From positions 178 to 64,177 of the forward strand of contig JACVGW010000003.1 in NCBI GenBank assembly GCA_018992565.1: a DNA stretch of 64,000 nt, written 5' to 3'. How positions within the stretch are numbered: position 1 is the first letter of the stretch; each line of letters starts with the position of its first letter. Shown here piece after piece: positions 50,629 through 60,615 of this stretch. A program made the position numbers and the translations under genes. The DNA is from Theionarchaea archaeon. GTDB taxonomy: Archaea; Methanobacteriota_B; Thermococci; Methanofastidiosales; SZ-28-30. The notes below the pieces were generated by a model. The model made no database searches. It was not told where the DNA came from and saw only the letters and a program-made list of their open reading frames with translations.

Positions 50629-50670
50629 CGAAAAGCTTATAAGTATTATGGTTAAGTAATGAAAGAGGTG
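50629..50670 (+). promoter_or_regulatory. BRE-TATA promoter and SD of the KF-repeat peptide gene
   Basis: CGAAAAG-CTTATAAG at 50629-50643; GAGGTG at 50665-50670, 6 nt before the ATG. Confidence 0.65.
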
Positions 50671-50676
50671 ATTTGG

Positions 50677-50757
50677 ATGGTATTTAAGGCAGATGAAGTT
50701 GAAGAAACAGATTCCAAATACAAGTTCAAATTCAAGTTCAAGTTTAAATTCCACTAA
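50677..50757 (+). CDS. 26-aa putative RiPP precursor MVFKADEVEETDSKYKFKFKFKFKFH, missing from the ORF track
   Basis: Promoter, SD and T-tract terminator; acidic leader plus KY(KF)5H core encoded with mixed synonymous codons; flanked by radical SAMs and TldDE. Confidence 0.75.
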   Translation: MVFKADEVEETDSKYKFKFKFKFKFH

Positions 50758-50766
50758 GCTGTCACG

Positions 50767-50786
50767 TTCTTTTTCTTTATCTTTTT
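50767..50786 (+). terminator. Oligo-T terminator after the peptide ORF
   Basis: TTCTTTTTCTTTATCTTTTT begins 10 nt after the TAA. Confidence 0.55.
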
Positions 50787-50879
50787 CCAAGGTGATTTTC
50801 GTTATAAAATATCAGTAACTGTTCAGATGTACGTATCGCTCACCATGCCTTTTTATAGGGGTAACAATGAAAATACTGT

Positions 50880-52256
50880 ATGCTCGACATTCTGGAAAAA
50901 GGAGTAGCCACAGCAAGAGGGATGGCAGACTACATTGAACTCCGAGGTGAAGAACGTGTATTGACATATATAACGTATTCTGATGGGAGAATTGACAATG
51001 TGAGTAGCATCATCCATTCGGGTGTGGGATGCAGGGTGCTGTATGATGGAGCGTGGGGATTCAGCTGTGGTCGGATGGATGCTCTGGAACACCTGGTGAG
51101 AGATACGTGTTCTCTGGCCAGGGCAGCATCATATCACAGAAAGGAAAGAATAGAGCTGCAGGACATTAACCCACAGCAGGATGAAAGAGCTCTTACGTGC
51201 AGGACGCCTCCTCACCACGTTGCTCTTGAACGGAAAATCTCAAGGCTGAAAACCGTGCATGATCTCATAAGGGTGTATGACCCCCGAATTGGGGCAGTCT
51301 CTATCGACTATGAAGATTCACATGGGACAAAATGTCTGGTCACCAGTGAAGGTACAGCACTTACCCAAGAAACAAGCCATCTCTATAATCACTGCTGGGT
51401 AACAGGAAAGGAGAGTGGTGCACTGACAGCTGCCAGAGATATAACGGGATCAACGGAAGAAGGGTTTGAATTTTTTGAAAAAGAGTCAGAAGAAAGAATA
51501 GCTGAAAGGGTATGCAGTCGAGTCATTATGCAACTGAACGGGAGAATTGCCAGAAAGGGGACATTTCCCTGCGTTTTGGGTTCCAGGGTAGTGGGGATCC
51601 TTGCCCATGAAGCACTGGGGCATTTGGTAGAAGCTGATCTGACAGGAAGTTCACCCTTCAATAACAGGCTTGGAAAAAAAGTCAGTACAGATTCTGTGAA
51701 CGTGGTGGATGCACCCGTCAAGGGGACATTTGGCAGTACCTCGTACGATGATGAAGGTGTTCCAACTGGACCTGTGGATATCATCAAGAATGGAGTCCTG
51801 TGTGGGTTGTTGACTAACAGAGAGTACGCTTTCAAGACAGGAATTCCAGTATGTGGAGCTGCCAGAGCAGAAAGCTTCTTGTACCCTCCCCTCATCCGAA
51901 TGAGAAACACTTTTTTTGACTGTGGAGACCTTCACGAGGAAGAACTACTTGAGGGCATCAGATTTGGGTATTACTGCAAAGACTTTCGAGGAGGGGAGGC
52001 TGACCTGAGTTCCTGGTTCCAGATAGGTATCCAGGAAGCATTTGAAATAGTAAATGGTGAAATAGGTGATCCGGTAAAGGAGGTCTCCATCAGTGGGTTG
52101 GCCACAGAAGCTCTCCTGTCAATTGAAGGAATAGGTAACACTCTGGGATTTCTTGGAGGGTACTGTGGAAAAGGACAGCAGGCAGCAGTCTCAGCAGGTG
52201 GTCCACCCCTCAGATTCCCAGAGGGTGTCATCTTGTTTGGAGGGAGAATGCCATGA
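50880..52256 (+). CDS. tldD: TldD metalloprotease subunit
   Basis: GVGCRVLYDGAWGF, HEALGHLVEAD, YDDEG, IRMRNT, GYCGKGQ. Confidence 0.93.
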   Translation: MLDILEKGVATARGMADYIELRGEERVLTYITYSDGRIDNVSSIIHSGVGCRVLYDGAWGFSCGRMDALEHLVRDTCSLARAASYHRKERIELQDINPQQDERALTCRTPPHHVALERKISRLKTVHDLIRVYDPRIGAVSIDYEDSHGTKCLVTSEGTALTQETSHLYNHCWVTGKESGALTAARDITGSTEEGFEFFEKESEERIAERVCSRVIMQLNGRIARKGTFPCVLGSRVVGILAHEALGHLVEADLTGSSPFNNRLGKKVSTDSVNVVDAPVKGTFGSTSYDDEGVPTGPVDIIKNGVLCGLLTNREYAFKTGIPVCGAARAESFLYPPLIRMRNTFFDCGDLHEEELLEGIRFGYYCKDFRGGEADLSSWFQIGIQEAFEIVNGEIGDPVKEVSISGLATEALLSIEGIGNTLGFLGGYCGKGQQAAVSAGGPPLRFPEGVILFGGRMP

Positions 52257-53581
52257 AAGACGTCTGTGAACATGCAGTTCTTGCGGGTGAAACATGCGGT
52301 GTAGACGAGATCGAGGCATTCTGGTCCCGTGATACTGTGATCACTGTTGAAGCAGAAATGGGTCAGATAAGCACGGCTTCAAAAGTATGTACTGAAGGAA
52401 TGCGCATACGGGTAGTAAAGGAGAAAGCTGTGGGTTCAGTATATAGCTACCGAATGGATAGAGACTCTGTTGAATGCGCAGTGAGAAGAGCAGCCAGCGC
52501 TGCCCGGGTGTCCTCGCGGGATGAGGACTGGCATTCATTACCCTCACCTGGAAGATATAGTCAGGTGTGCCTCTGGGATCTTTCAATAGCAAGGGCGGAC
52601 CTGGAGGACCTGGTGACTCCCGTTGCAGAGACATTCACGTCAATTCCTGATGGTGTTAGAGTGCACTTTGTGGGCAATGAGGTCGTGGTGAGAGAGCAGT
52701 GCTGTCTCAATACCAGTGGAATTGCCCATGAGGACAGGACAACGCTGCAGAGGTATGGTGTCATGGCAGTTGGGAAGATGCAGCAAAGGGTATCTCCTGC
52801 TTTCAGAGAGGTAGTCTTCTCCAGAAGCTTGGATGTTGCTGTTCACGAAAAAGCTGAAGTGCTCTGGAAGAAAATTGCTCTCTTCATGAATTCGGAATCT
52901 GCTTCTTCGGGTGCATTCTCCGTAGTTCTTTCTCCTCCAGCACTGCAGGAAATCCTGTATTACACCTTATTTAGAGCAATTTCAGGCGAAAACGTATCCA
53001 GGGGGAGATCACTCTTGAAGAGAAGAGAGGGGGAAAAAATAGCACATTCTGCCTTTTCATTGCGCGACAATGGAATCAGCCCCCGAGGAGCAAATTCCCA
53101 TGAGATGGATGATGAAGGTGTTCCCTGCCAGGACACGAATCTTGTTGAAGAAGGTATACTCCAGGGCTTCATCTGGAATGATTACTGGGCAAAGAGGGAG
53201 GGCTACACAAGCACAGGAAATGCTCATTACCAGACAAGAACCAGTGCACTCGCGGTCCAACCCACCACCATGGTAGTGACCCCAGGGGACCATGACGAAG
53301 CAGAGCTTCTTGATATTCAGGACGGATACTACATTCTGGACGTTCAGGGAGCCCATGCCTCTAACCCTGAATCGGGTGATTTCTCGGTCTTGTGTAATCC
53401 CGCTTTCAGAATCAGAAATGGAGAAATATCAGGTGGATGTACGGGCATGATGATGTCAGGCAACGTGTTTTCGCTGATGAAGAAAATTGATGCTATTGGA
53501 GGTGATGCCAAGGTATTACAAGCGGGAAGTTTCCCTTCAATACGATTCAACCAGGTGAACATTGCTGCAAAAAGAACATGA
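52253..53581 (+). CDS. tldE: TldE/PmbA non-catalytic subunit
   Basis: DDEGVP, STGNA, GAHASNPESGDFS; no HExxxH; coupled to tldD. Confidence 0.9.
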   Translation: MKDVCEHAVLAGETCGVDEIEAFWSRDTVITVEAEMGQISTASKVCTEGMRIRVVKEKAVGSVYSYRMDRDSVECAVRRAASAARVSSRDEDWHSLPSPGRYSQVCLWDLSIARADLEDLVTPVAETFTSIPDGVRVHFVGNEVVVREQCCLNTSGIAHEDRTTLQRYGVMAVGKMQQRVSPAFREVVFSRSLDVAVHEKAEVLWKKIALFMNSESASSGAFSVVLSPPALQEILYYTLFRAISGENVSRGRSLLKRREGEKIAHSAFSLRDNGISPRGANSHEMDDEGVPCQDTNLVEEGILQGFIWNDYWAKREGYTSTGNAHYQTRTSALAVQPTTMVVTPGDHDEAELLDIQDGYYILDVQGAHASNPESGDFSVLCNPAFRIRNGEISGGCTGMMMSGNVFSLMKKIDAIGGDAKVLQAGSFPSIRFNQVNIAAKRT

Positions 53582-53603
53582 TCTTCAGGGATCAGTCTTA
53601 TCT

Positions 53604-54404
53604 TTAGATCAGCACTATCAGCCGTCCAATCCTCCCCACACTGAGTTGGATTATACCTCTGTATGAATCTGCGTATCCATTCTCCACCCGTATCTTGTCA
53701 CCAACTCCAATCCAGCCTATCTGCTGGTTCCAGAGCACCAGGACGACCCGGCCTGTCTCATCTTTGAGAGCAGCATTACTGACGCTGAGCGGCTCACCCC
53801 TTCGAGAGCGCACAGGACGAGGCTCAGATTTCTCTACAATTTCACCTTCAATTGTGACATTTTTCATACCCGCTCTCAAATCACTGACCTTTGCCAATTC
53901 ATGAGAAGCAGATGGATCACGTATCCATTGATACCATCGACCCCTCCAGTCAGGGTTGCCGAGATCCCAGCCTATTTGAGTGAATCCCAGCTTTTCATAG
54001 AAGCCGGAGGTCCTTGTGTTCCACTCGGGAGTCCCCAGAGTCCACACCTGTACATCGGGATACAGATCCCAGAGAATCTCACATGCGCGAGTTCCAATAC
54101 CATTTCTGTGATGGGAGGGGTCAACAAAAATGCGCTCCAGCACCTTATGGGTCTTCCCTGCTGATCCCACCATGATACCTCCCAGAAGCGCATCATTCAC
54201 TACGATCTTGAAGTAGTCCAGAAATCCCATGAATCGCACCTGTGCCTCTGGTGAATCATAGCCAGGAGGACCTCCCACTCCAGGGCCAGGGGCCCCTACC
54301 TCACAGTCTGTGTGGAATGCCTTCTTGCAGATATCTGCCAGGATCGGGGCATCTTCTTCCCGTGCAGGCTCCAGTCGGACTTCAGTGTCTATTTCCATAT
54401 TCAT
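53604..54404 (-). CDS. GNAT acetyltransferase fused to an SSB/RPA-type OB fold
   Basis: IFVDPSHHRNGIGT...FYEKLGF, then KVSDLRAGMKNVTIEGEIV...LKDETGRVVLVLWN...GDKIRVENGY. Confidence 0.85.
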   Translation of the reverse strand: MNMEIDTEVRLEPAREEDAPILADICKKAFHTDCEVGAPGPGVGGPPGYDSPEAQVRFMGFLDYFKIVVNDALLGGIMVGSAGKTHKVLERIFVDPSHHRNGIGTRACEILWDLYPDVQVWTLGTPEWNTRTSGFYEKLGFTQIGWDLGNPDWRGRWYQWIRDPSASHELAKVSDLRAGMKNVTIEGEIVEKSEPRPVRSRRGEPLSVSNAALKDETGRVVLVLWNQQIGWIGVGDKIRVENGYADSYRGIIQLSVGRIGRLIVLI

Positions 54405-54575
54405 CTACCTGTACAACAGTGGATTGTCCAGCCAGTCTTCCAGAGGAAATCTCCTATCACAATCTGCAGCGGTCTTCTCCATATCATGCTCCCCCTTACA
54501 GAAAAATCTTATAAACTTTGAGGTGCCCTCTCTTCTATTGATTTCTATACCCACAACCAGGATGTGGACGCTCCT

Positions 54576-55700
54576 TCACAGGGTTGCATCATGGGGTTCC
54601 TCACTCTTTTTTTTCTCACTGGCGAGATACAATGCCGCAAAAAACAACAACACAATAGAAGGAAAAAACGATGCATCAATACACATGAGGAAAATAGCCA
54701 GCACAATGGCATAATACGGAAGGTTACAGCGATCTTTCAGGGCCTTCCTGTACAGGGTATTCAACCCTGCTCCGAAGAATCCCATCCACCCCAGTTCAAG
54801 AATACCTCCATCAAAAATCATAGGGCCCATAATAGTAGACGTAATATTGCAGGGATAGCCAAATAAGTAAGGACCAATGACAGCGCTGGTGCTGAAATGC
54901 AGCCATATTCCTCCGTGCGTAATGCCCCACCATCCTGCTTTCTGTACAATAGAATTTATCACGCCAAACGTGAAAGCTGAACGATACAAGAGCAATTCCA
55001 ACGCATTGTATTTCCAGTCCTGATACGTTACGCCAAGATATCCCAGGGCAACAACCAACAGAAACAGGGGGATTGCTGAAAAGAAGATATGGCGAATGCG
55101 TATTTTTCCCAGCATATAGAGAGACACAAAGACCACCAGTATCAATTCCAGAACATAGACTCTGTAGGTGAACAGTGCCAGCAGGACCAGTGTGATAGCA
55201 AAGCAGAGTCCCACCTTTCTTACGTCCCATTCTCTGGCCATGAATGTCAGCCCCAGGAATATGAAAATGTACCCCGCAATGAACACGACATTGACATTTG
55301 CCTGTCTCAGTTCCGGATTGAGAGCAGGAATCCCTTTCAACACCAACTGAGATAGAATCAGGGCCACGCCCAGAGGTATGAACCACTTCTTGTTAGCGTG
55401 TTGAATTGCCATTAAGACTCCCACTGCCACAAAAGGCAGAATGAGGCCAGGGAGGTGATATTCCTGATATGCAAAGAACGTGGCCAGCACGAGTGTTATT
55501 GCATAGTACACTCTTCTGCTGTCTGGAAGGACCAGCTGGCATCCTGCCACAAAGCATGCGAGTCCCACGCCAAGGTACAGGAACGTCTGAGGATACAGGG
55601 AGAACCTATCAGAAACATAGGGGAAACTCAGTAGTCCAACACTCATATACCCTGCAAACCCAAGGACAAAAAGGTAGGGAGACACCAGCTTATACTGCAT
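54576..55700 (-). CDS. Polytopic membrane protein, oligosaccharide repeat-unit polymerase-like (archaeal DUF70 type)
   Basis: About 11 TM helices; YRxxFT and ITSTIMGPMIFDGG motifs. Confidence 0.65.
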   Translation of the reverse strand: MQYKLVSPYLFVLGFAGYMSVGLLSFPYVSDRFSLYPQTFLYLGVGLACFVAGCQLVLPDSRRVYYAITLVLATFFAYQEYHLPGLILPFVAVGVLMAIQHANKKWFIPLGVALILSQLVLKGIPALNPELRQANVNVVFIAGYIFIFLGLTFMAREWDVRKVGLCFAITLVLLALFTYRVYVLELILVVFVSLYMLGKIRIRHIFFSAIPLFLLVVALGYLGVTYQDWKYNALELLLYRSAFTFGVINSIVQKAGWWGITHGGIWLHFSTSAVIGPYLFGYPCNITSTIMGPMIFDGGILELGWMGFFGAGLNTLYRKALKDRCNLPYYAIVLAIFLMCIDASFFPSIVLLFFAALYLASEKKKSEEPHDATL

Positions 55701-55730
55701 GCACCTTCACTGGGAGTATCTTTAAAATCT

Positions 55731-56804
55731 TTACGGCAGGAAGTCCTTGTGCTCGATCTTGTCCGGGAGGTACTCCTTGGCCACAAATTCCAAGCTCTTG
55801 TTGGCCAGGGCCTGCTGCTCAATCCTGACCCCCAGTTTCAGGCACAGCTCCAGTTCCTTCTGCCACTTCTTATGCTTGAACCATTCATAGGACTTCAATT
55901 CTTTTATTCGTGACTTGTCAGTGCTCTTTAATCTCTCTGTTACAGAATGCAGCCCGTATTGTTCAATATCCCTCATGGTCATACCCACAAACTTGGAATC
56001 AGGTACACTCAATCGCTTGGAGAGATATGCCAGGTTCATGGATCCCTGTTTTATGGTGGAGTAGATGTACCACCCATAGGGATCTCCATCAGTGAAGGCA
56101 ATGACAGGCAGGTTCCTTTCATAGTGCAACCGGTGTATCAATCGTCTGACGCCCCGGGGGGCCTGACCCTGGCAGGCGATGATGATTGCACCATTGTTCT
56201 GAGCGAATTTTTCCTCAATCAATCGGTCTGCCATAGCAGCAGTCTCCACCACCAGAATGTACTCAGCACTGACCTCAGGGAATTCAATGTCCTCCACTGT
56301 GCCAGGAACAGCCCATCCTCCTCTCCCCAATCTGCTGGCATTGAACTCATCGCCATCATCCCGGATTACAATATCACCATACATGTACCCACGCCTGTCT
56401 GCTGTCAGGTTGAGCTGCTCTCTCAGAAGGTCCAGGGAGACTTCAATATCCTCAGCAATGGCATTGCTCTCTGTCTGATCGTCAAAAGTGTTCTCTCTTG
56501 ATCCTGCAATACTGTGTTTTAAGGCATAGTATAGTTCACGAATACCGGCATGTTTTCCTTCCTCCACCAGCCTCCTGCAGTAACTGGCCACCAGTAGTGT
56601 CTGCATGAATTTTCTTGTATGAGCCACATTCATGTAGTACCTCTTGGAATGCTTATCTCCCAGTACCAGCATTCTGCTGCTCTCATCGAAACTGACATTA
56701 CCCAGTCCGCGCTGGGGGATTTTCATGTAGGGGCTTCTCCCCTTGTCAATCTGCTCATATACAGATAATCCGAATTGTTCCAGGTTCTCTTCGATTTCAT
56801 TCAT
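55731..56804 (-). CDS. top6A: DNA topoisomerase VI subunit A
   Basis: IRELYY catalytic Tyr region, TOPRIM VE...DGDPYG, EQQAL. Confidence 0.96.
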   Translation of the reverse strand: MNEIEENLEQFGLSVYEQIDKGRSPYMKIPQRGLGNVSFDESSRMLVLGDKHSKRYYMNVAHTRKFMQTLLVASYCRRLVEEGKHAGIRELYYALKHSIAGSRENTFDDQTESNAIAEDIEVSLDLLREQLNLTADRRGYMYGDIVIRDDGDEFNASRLGRGGWAVPGTVEDIEFPEVSAEYILVVETAAMADRLIEEKFAQNNGAIIIACQGQAPRGVRRLIHRLHYERNLPVIAFTDGDPYGWYIYSTIKQGSMNLAYLSKRLSVPDSKFVGMTMRDIEQYGLHSVTERLKSTDKSRIKELKSYEWFKHKKWQKELELCLKLGVRIEQQALANKSLEFVAKEYLPDKIEHKDFLP

Positions 56805-56809
56805 GATAA

Positions 56810-58366
56810 TCAGCCTGCCTGTTCACCATATTTCTTTGCAATAACTGCATACAACTTCTCCTCAACAGGAGAGCTTTCTTTCTTCTTGATGAGCATGCTC
56901 AGAGCACGTGCAGTCTCCGGAGCGTATTTGCGAAGAGTATCCCGCTTTTTTCTCTTCTCGTGAGCCCGTCTCTTTCCTCTCAAGAAGCTCTTCAGGGACC
57001 TGCCCACATCCATGATCCCATTCCTGATTTCTGAGTAGATTTCCTCTTCCATGGCTATGGCCTGTTTTCCCGCAGATGTATATGGTATGTGCGTGGAGAC
57101 CAGGTTGATGAAGAGGGTGAGAGGTGTCTTATCCTCTTCTTTCACCCCATACCGCCTCCAGTCTATGGAGTTGACTGCTTCAGTAATGGCACAGCCACCC
57201 TGGTCAAAGATGAGGGGTGCGCTGTTGGCATAGCGGATAATGTCGATGCCGTTGGTGGAGTTGTGGTTCCCTCCGTATGCAACTCCCACTTCTACAATAA
57301 AGGGGATTCCCCCCTTGTAGGTAACTGCAGAGCGCGTGGTGGCATACACGAATTCGGGATTGATAGTGGTTTCCAGCCCTTTCCTCACGTTTTCATCTCC
57401 TATGGGGATCAGTCCTTCTGTGGGTGGTGCCATGAATTTCACCTGGCTGAAGGCCTGTACCAGCTCTTCTGCCTCCTTCCAGGTCAGCTTGCTGGGGTTC
57501 TTGCCCAGGGAAAAAGAAATCAATTTCTCTATGTCTCCCAGACGTGTCTTGCTTATACGGACAAAATCATTAAGAAGAAATGAGGAAGCAGTTCTCTTGT
57601 CTGTATATCTAGCCATCAGGAGCATGTCATGGGGAGAAATTCCCTGTGGGTGGGGCTTGATTTCCTTGGGTGACGTGGGGACCGTGGTAATGCTTCGCTC
57701 AAAGAGGAGTTTTGAGCCATCCGGCTCCACAAAGGTGATGTTGGCGTGAGGGTTTGAGATAGAGGTCATCCTCAAGTAATTGTACGGGCTGTATCGGGAT
57801 TTATTGTAGAGCACTTTCTTGGCCTCAACCAGCAGTTTAGTTCCTCTCCATTTCTCGTCATTCTTCCGTTTCTTCTTGTGGACAATCCTCCCGATATTAT
57901 GTTCCACATCAATCTGCACTTCGCATTTTACAACGTGCGAATCGCCTGTTGAGGTAATGACAACGGAGGGTTTTCCTGTGGTGACCTGAGAATACATGAC
58001 AGCACCAGAAATGCCAATTCCCTGCTGACCCCTGGACTGAATATTGCGGTGGGCCTTACTCCCCGCCAGCATACGTCCAAAGACCTCTGGTATATAATTC
58101 AGGGGGATACCTGAGGCATTGTCCTCAATGGCAACCCGGTAGTGCTCACTGCCAAGTTCCTCTATTTCCACCCTGATGTCAGGGAGAATTCGTGCATCTT
58201 CACACGCATCCAGTGCATTCGTTACTCCTTCGTGGATCAGAGTGGTCAAAGAGCGTATCTTACCTGTGTAGCCCAGCATGGCTGCATTTTTCCTGAAGAA
58301 TTCAGAAACGCTCTGCACCCTGAAATCCTTGAAGATATCATTAGCGTGACGGCTCTCCTGATTCAT
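56810..58366 (-). CDS. top6B: DNA topoisomerase VI subunit B
   Basis: [33 protein letters not shown] motifs. Confidence 0.96.
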   Translation of the reverse strand: MNQESRHANDIFKDFRVQSVSEFFRKNAAMLGYTGKIRSLTTLIHEGVTNALDACEDARILPDIRVEIEELGSEHYRVAIEDNASGIPLNYIPEVFGRMLAGSKAHRNIQSRGQQGIGISGAVMYSQVTTGKPSVVITSTGDSHVVKCEVQIDVEHNIGRIVHKKKRKNDEKWRGTKLLVEAKKVLYNKSRYSPYNYLRMTSISNPHANITFVEPDGSKLLFERSITTVPTSPKEIKPHPQGISPHDMLLMARYTDKRTASSFLLNDFVRISKTRLGDIEKLISFSLGKNPSKLTWKEAEELVQAFSQVKFMAPPTEGLIPIGDENVRKGLETTINPEFVYATTRSAVTYKGGIPFIVEVGVAYGGNHNSTNGIDIIRYANSAPLIFDQGGCAITEAVNSIDWRRYGVKEEDKTPLTLFINLVSTHIPYTSAGKQAIAMEEEIYSEIRNGIMDVGRSLKSFLRGKRRAHEKRKKRDTLRKYAPETARALSMLIKKKESSPVEEKLYAVIAKKYGEQAG

Positions 58367-58523
58367 GGATATACCTCATTTGTAGTAATTCCAATTTTTT
58401 CATGGTTTACGTAATATTCTGCTGTTTCATCTTTTCGATGAATCCTTATAAAATTTACGGTAGTGCAGCAGAAAAATGAAAATCACGTGCAAGGGGCCCT
58501 CTGGATACAGCAATACGATATAA

Positions 58524-58922
58524 TCACGCCTTCTTGTCAGGTGCTATGCCTTCTTTTTCCATGAGGTAGTAAATGGTTCTCCGTGGAATCTTTAATGTCC
58601 TCGAGATTTCAGTTATAGGAGTGCGTTCCCTCAGAAGCCTGGTAATCTCTCTGGTGTCCTGTTCTGTATACCGGGAAGGTCTTCCAACTGAGATATCCCC
58701 TTTCCGGAGGGAAACGCGGGCCCTCTCCAGATAGTCTCTCACTCGCTGGGACGTCTGGGCAAAAATACTGGGAGGTAAGATAATTATCCTGAGATTTTCC
58801 CCGTGCTCCAGGAGAGCCAGCAGTACATCCATTCCGAGAATCCGCGGGACATAGACTTCTCTCTCCGTGAATCCTTCCTTGATCTCAGTAATCAGTTCTT
58901 CCTTGTTCCTGGACTCGAACAC
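58524..58922 (-). CDS. DUF1699-like protein with C-terminal HTH
   Basis: IILPPS...GRP...ISRTLKIPRRTIYY. Confidence 0.7.
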   Translation of the reverse strand: MFESRNKEELITEIKEGFTEREVYVPRILGMDVLLALLEHGENLRIIILPPSIFAQTSQRVRDYLERARVSLRKGDISVGRPSRYTEQDTREITRLLRERTPITEISRTLKIPRRTIYYLMEKEGIAPDKKA

Positions 58923-58928
58923 TTTAAT

Positions 58929-59684
58929 CTAGGATTCCCCCTTGACTGCTCTCACTATGGGAGAGAGTGCCTCTTCAATGTTCTCTGCTCTCTCTATGAG
59001 AGTGCCTGTCACCACAATATCAGCTCCTGCCCTCACCACGCGGGACGCCTGTTCCGGGGTGCGAATTCCTCCTCCCACCAGAATGGGAATGTCGACTACA
59101 GCCCGCACCATGGAGATCATACTGTCAGGTACGGGTTCAGAAGCCCCTGACCCTGCCTCCAGGTAGACCAGGTCCATACCCATGAACTGAGCAGCAAGAG
59201 CATAGGCAGCAGCTATCTTTGGTTTTCTCCGGGGTATTGGGTCAGCTTCAGCTATCCACCCCACGGTTTCCCCAGGTTCAACCACAAGGTACCCCATGGG
59301 TAAGGGTTCTAAATTGAACATCTTCACAGAATATGCTCCCAGGGCCTGAGCTTTTGTGATGAAATATGGGTTTCTGGAGTTCAGAATACTCATGAAGAAG
59401 ATGGCATCCGCATGGGGAGATACTGCAGACCAGTTGCCGGGAAAGATTATCACAGGCAGCGTGCTGCCTTTCTTGACGGCCTGGATGGTGAGATCATTAG
59501 CCTGCCCTACTGCAGACGTAGAACCCCCCACCATGATAGCATCGCATCCAGCTCGCTGGATTGCAGCAGCCACCCTGTCAATAGTGGATATATCCGCTCC
59601 ATCGGGGTCAATTAAAGCGAAATGAAGTTTTCCCGTGACAAGCTTTCCAGCAATGTAATCTGAGACCCTTCCCATAGCCTTCAC
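58929..59684 (-). CDS. Geranylgeranylglyceryl phosphate synthase
   Basis: [31 protein letters not shown]. Confidence 0.95.
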   Translation of the reverse strand: MKAMGRVSDYIAGKLVTGKLHFALIDPDGADISTIDRVAAAIQRAGCDAIMVGGSTSAVGQANDLTIQAVKKGSTLPVIIFPGNWSAVSPHADAIFFMSILNSRNPYFITKAQALGAYSVKMFNLEPLPMGYLVVEPGETVGWIAEADPIPRRKPKIAAAYALAAQFMGMDLVYLEAGSGASEPVPDSMISMVRAVVDIPILVGGGIRTPEQASRVVRAGADIVVTGTLIERAENIEEALSPIVRAVKGES

Positions 59685-59824
59685 GCTCTGCGTTCCTTTG
59701 CTTTAGGCCTGAGTTTATCATATCCGCACTTTCTGCATCGCTTTGCCCGCCAGGCATTTCTGGCATTGCACTTCATGCATATCCTCACATTGAACAGTCT
59801 TTTTTGAGCTTCAGGTGATTTCAA
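59681..59824 (-). CDS. rpl40e: 50S ribosomal protein L40e, missing from the ORF track
   Basis: TTG start; [47 protein letters not shown] zinc ribbon. Confidence 0.95.
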   Translation of the reverse strand: MKSPEAQKRLFNVRICMKCNARNAWRAKRCRKCGYDKLRPKAKERRA

Positions 59825-59828
59825 ATTC

Positions 59829-60356
59829 TCACTCTCCTAGGTAAGCTTGTTGAATACTGATGATTTCTTTGCTGGATTGAGCTTCAGCATAAGATTCAAG
59901 TAGTTCTTGGTTCAGATGCATAAAAGTCTTTCCCCACCTGAACTTCGAGAGGATATTTAAAGCTTTCGACTTCTCCTTCAGAATGTACAGTGCCGCAGCG
60001 AGGGCTTCTGCTGTAGATAGCTTGGTAGGCTTACCGAAATTCACAGGGTTGGCTGCTACAAGGTACGGAAGGGCTCTCCCGTGTCTGAACGTCCTGGTGA
60101 ACTGGCTCTTCTTGTTCCAGGAATAGTCCAGGGCTGTTATAGAAGGGTACCTGGCATCCTCTGGAGAGAGCGCTTTGATACTAAAAGGATCCAAGACAAG
60201 GGTGGAGGGTGGGATCTCACGGAACGAGTGGACAAGAGTGACGAGGTTGAATCTGGCAAGTCTCAGAGCAGTACATTTCTTTGGGTTACAGTGTCCAGCA
60301 TGATAAACATATACTCTCACAGGTCTACAGAGAGAAGGTACCTTTTTAAATCTCAC
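59829..60356 (-). CDS. tsr3: 16S rRNA aminocarboxypropyltransferase Tsr3 (DUF367)
   Basis: [43 protein letters not shown]. Confidence 0.93.
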   Translation of the reverse strand: MRFKKVPSLCRPVRVYVYHAGHCNPKKCTALRLARFNLVTLVHSFREIPPSTLVLDPFSIKALSPEDARYPSITALDYSWNKKSQFTRTFRHGRALPYLVAANPVNFGKPTKLSTAEALAAALYILKEKSKALNILSKFRWGKTFMHLNQELLESYAEAQSSKEIISIQQAYLGE

Positions 60357-60615
60357 CTTCTGCAGGTTAGAGAGAAGCAGTGTGATTGTGGGGGCTGAGG
60401 GAGGTCCCGAATACCTGTTCTATACTCTCAACATCTCATGGGAAGGGTTCTGGATTGTTCTCATGCCTCAATCCATCTGCATGATCGGTCCATACACCTG
60501 GACAGAAGACTTCCACCTCAGGCTAACCGCACGGGGGAGGACAAAAGAATTCGTTCTGGAGGTTGCGAAGCACTCCAATAACAACCTTTTTTAGCCCTCA
60601 AGAAGATGCTGCTGC

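Noticed and set aside
50605..50790. Minus-strand 61-aa ORF (MEKDKEKERDSLVEFKLELEFELV...)
   Set aside because: It is the antisense shadow of the KF peptide gene and its T-rich terminator; the promoter and SD support the plus strand.
60382..60594. 70-aa ORF between tsr3 and lplA
   Set aside because: No motif or clear SD; cannot be supported.
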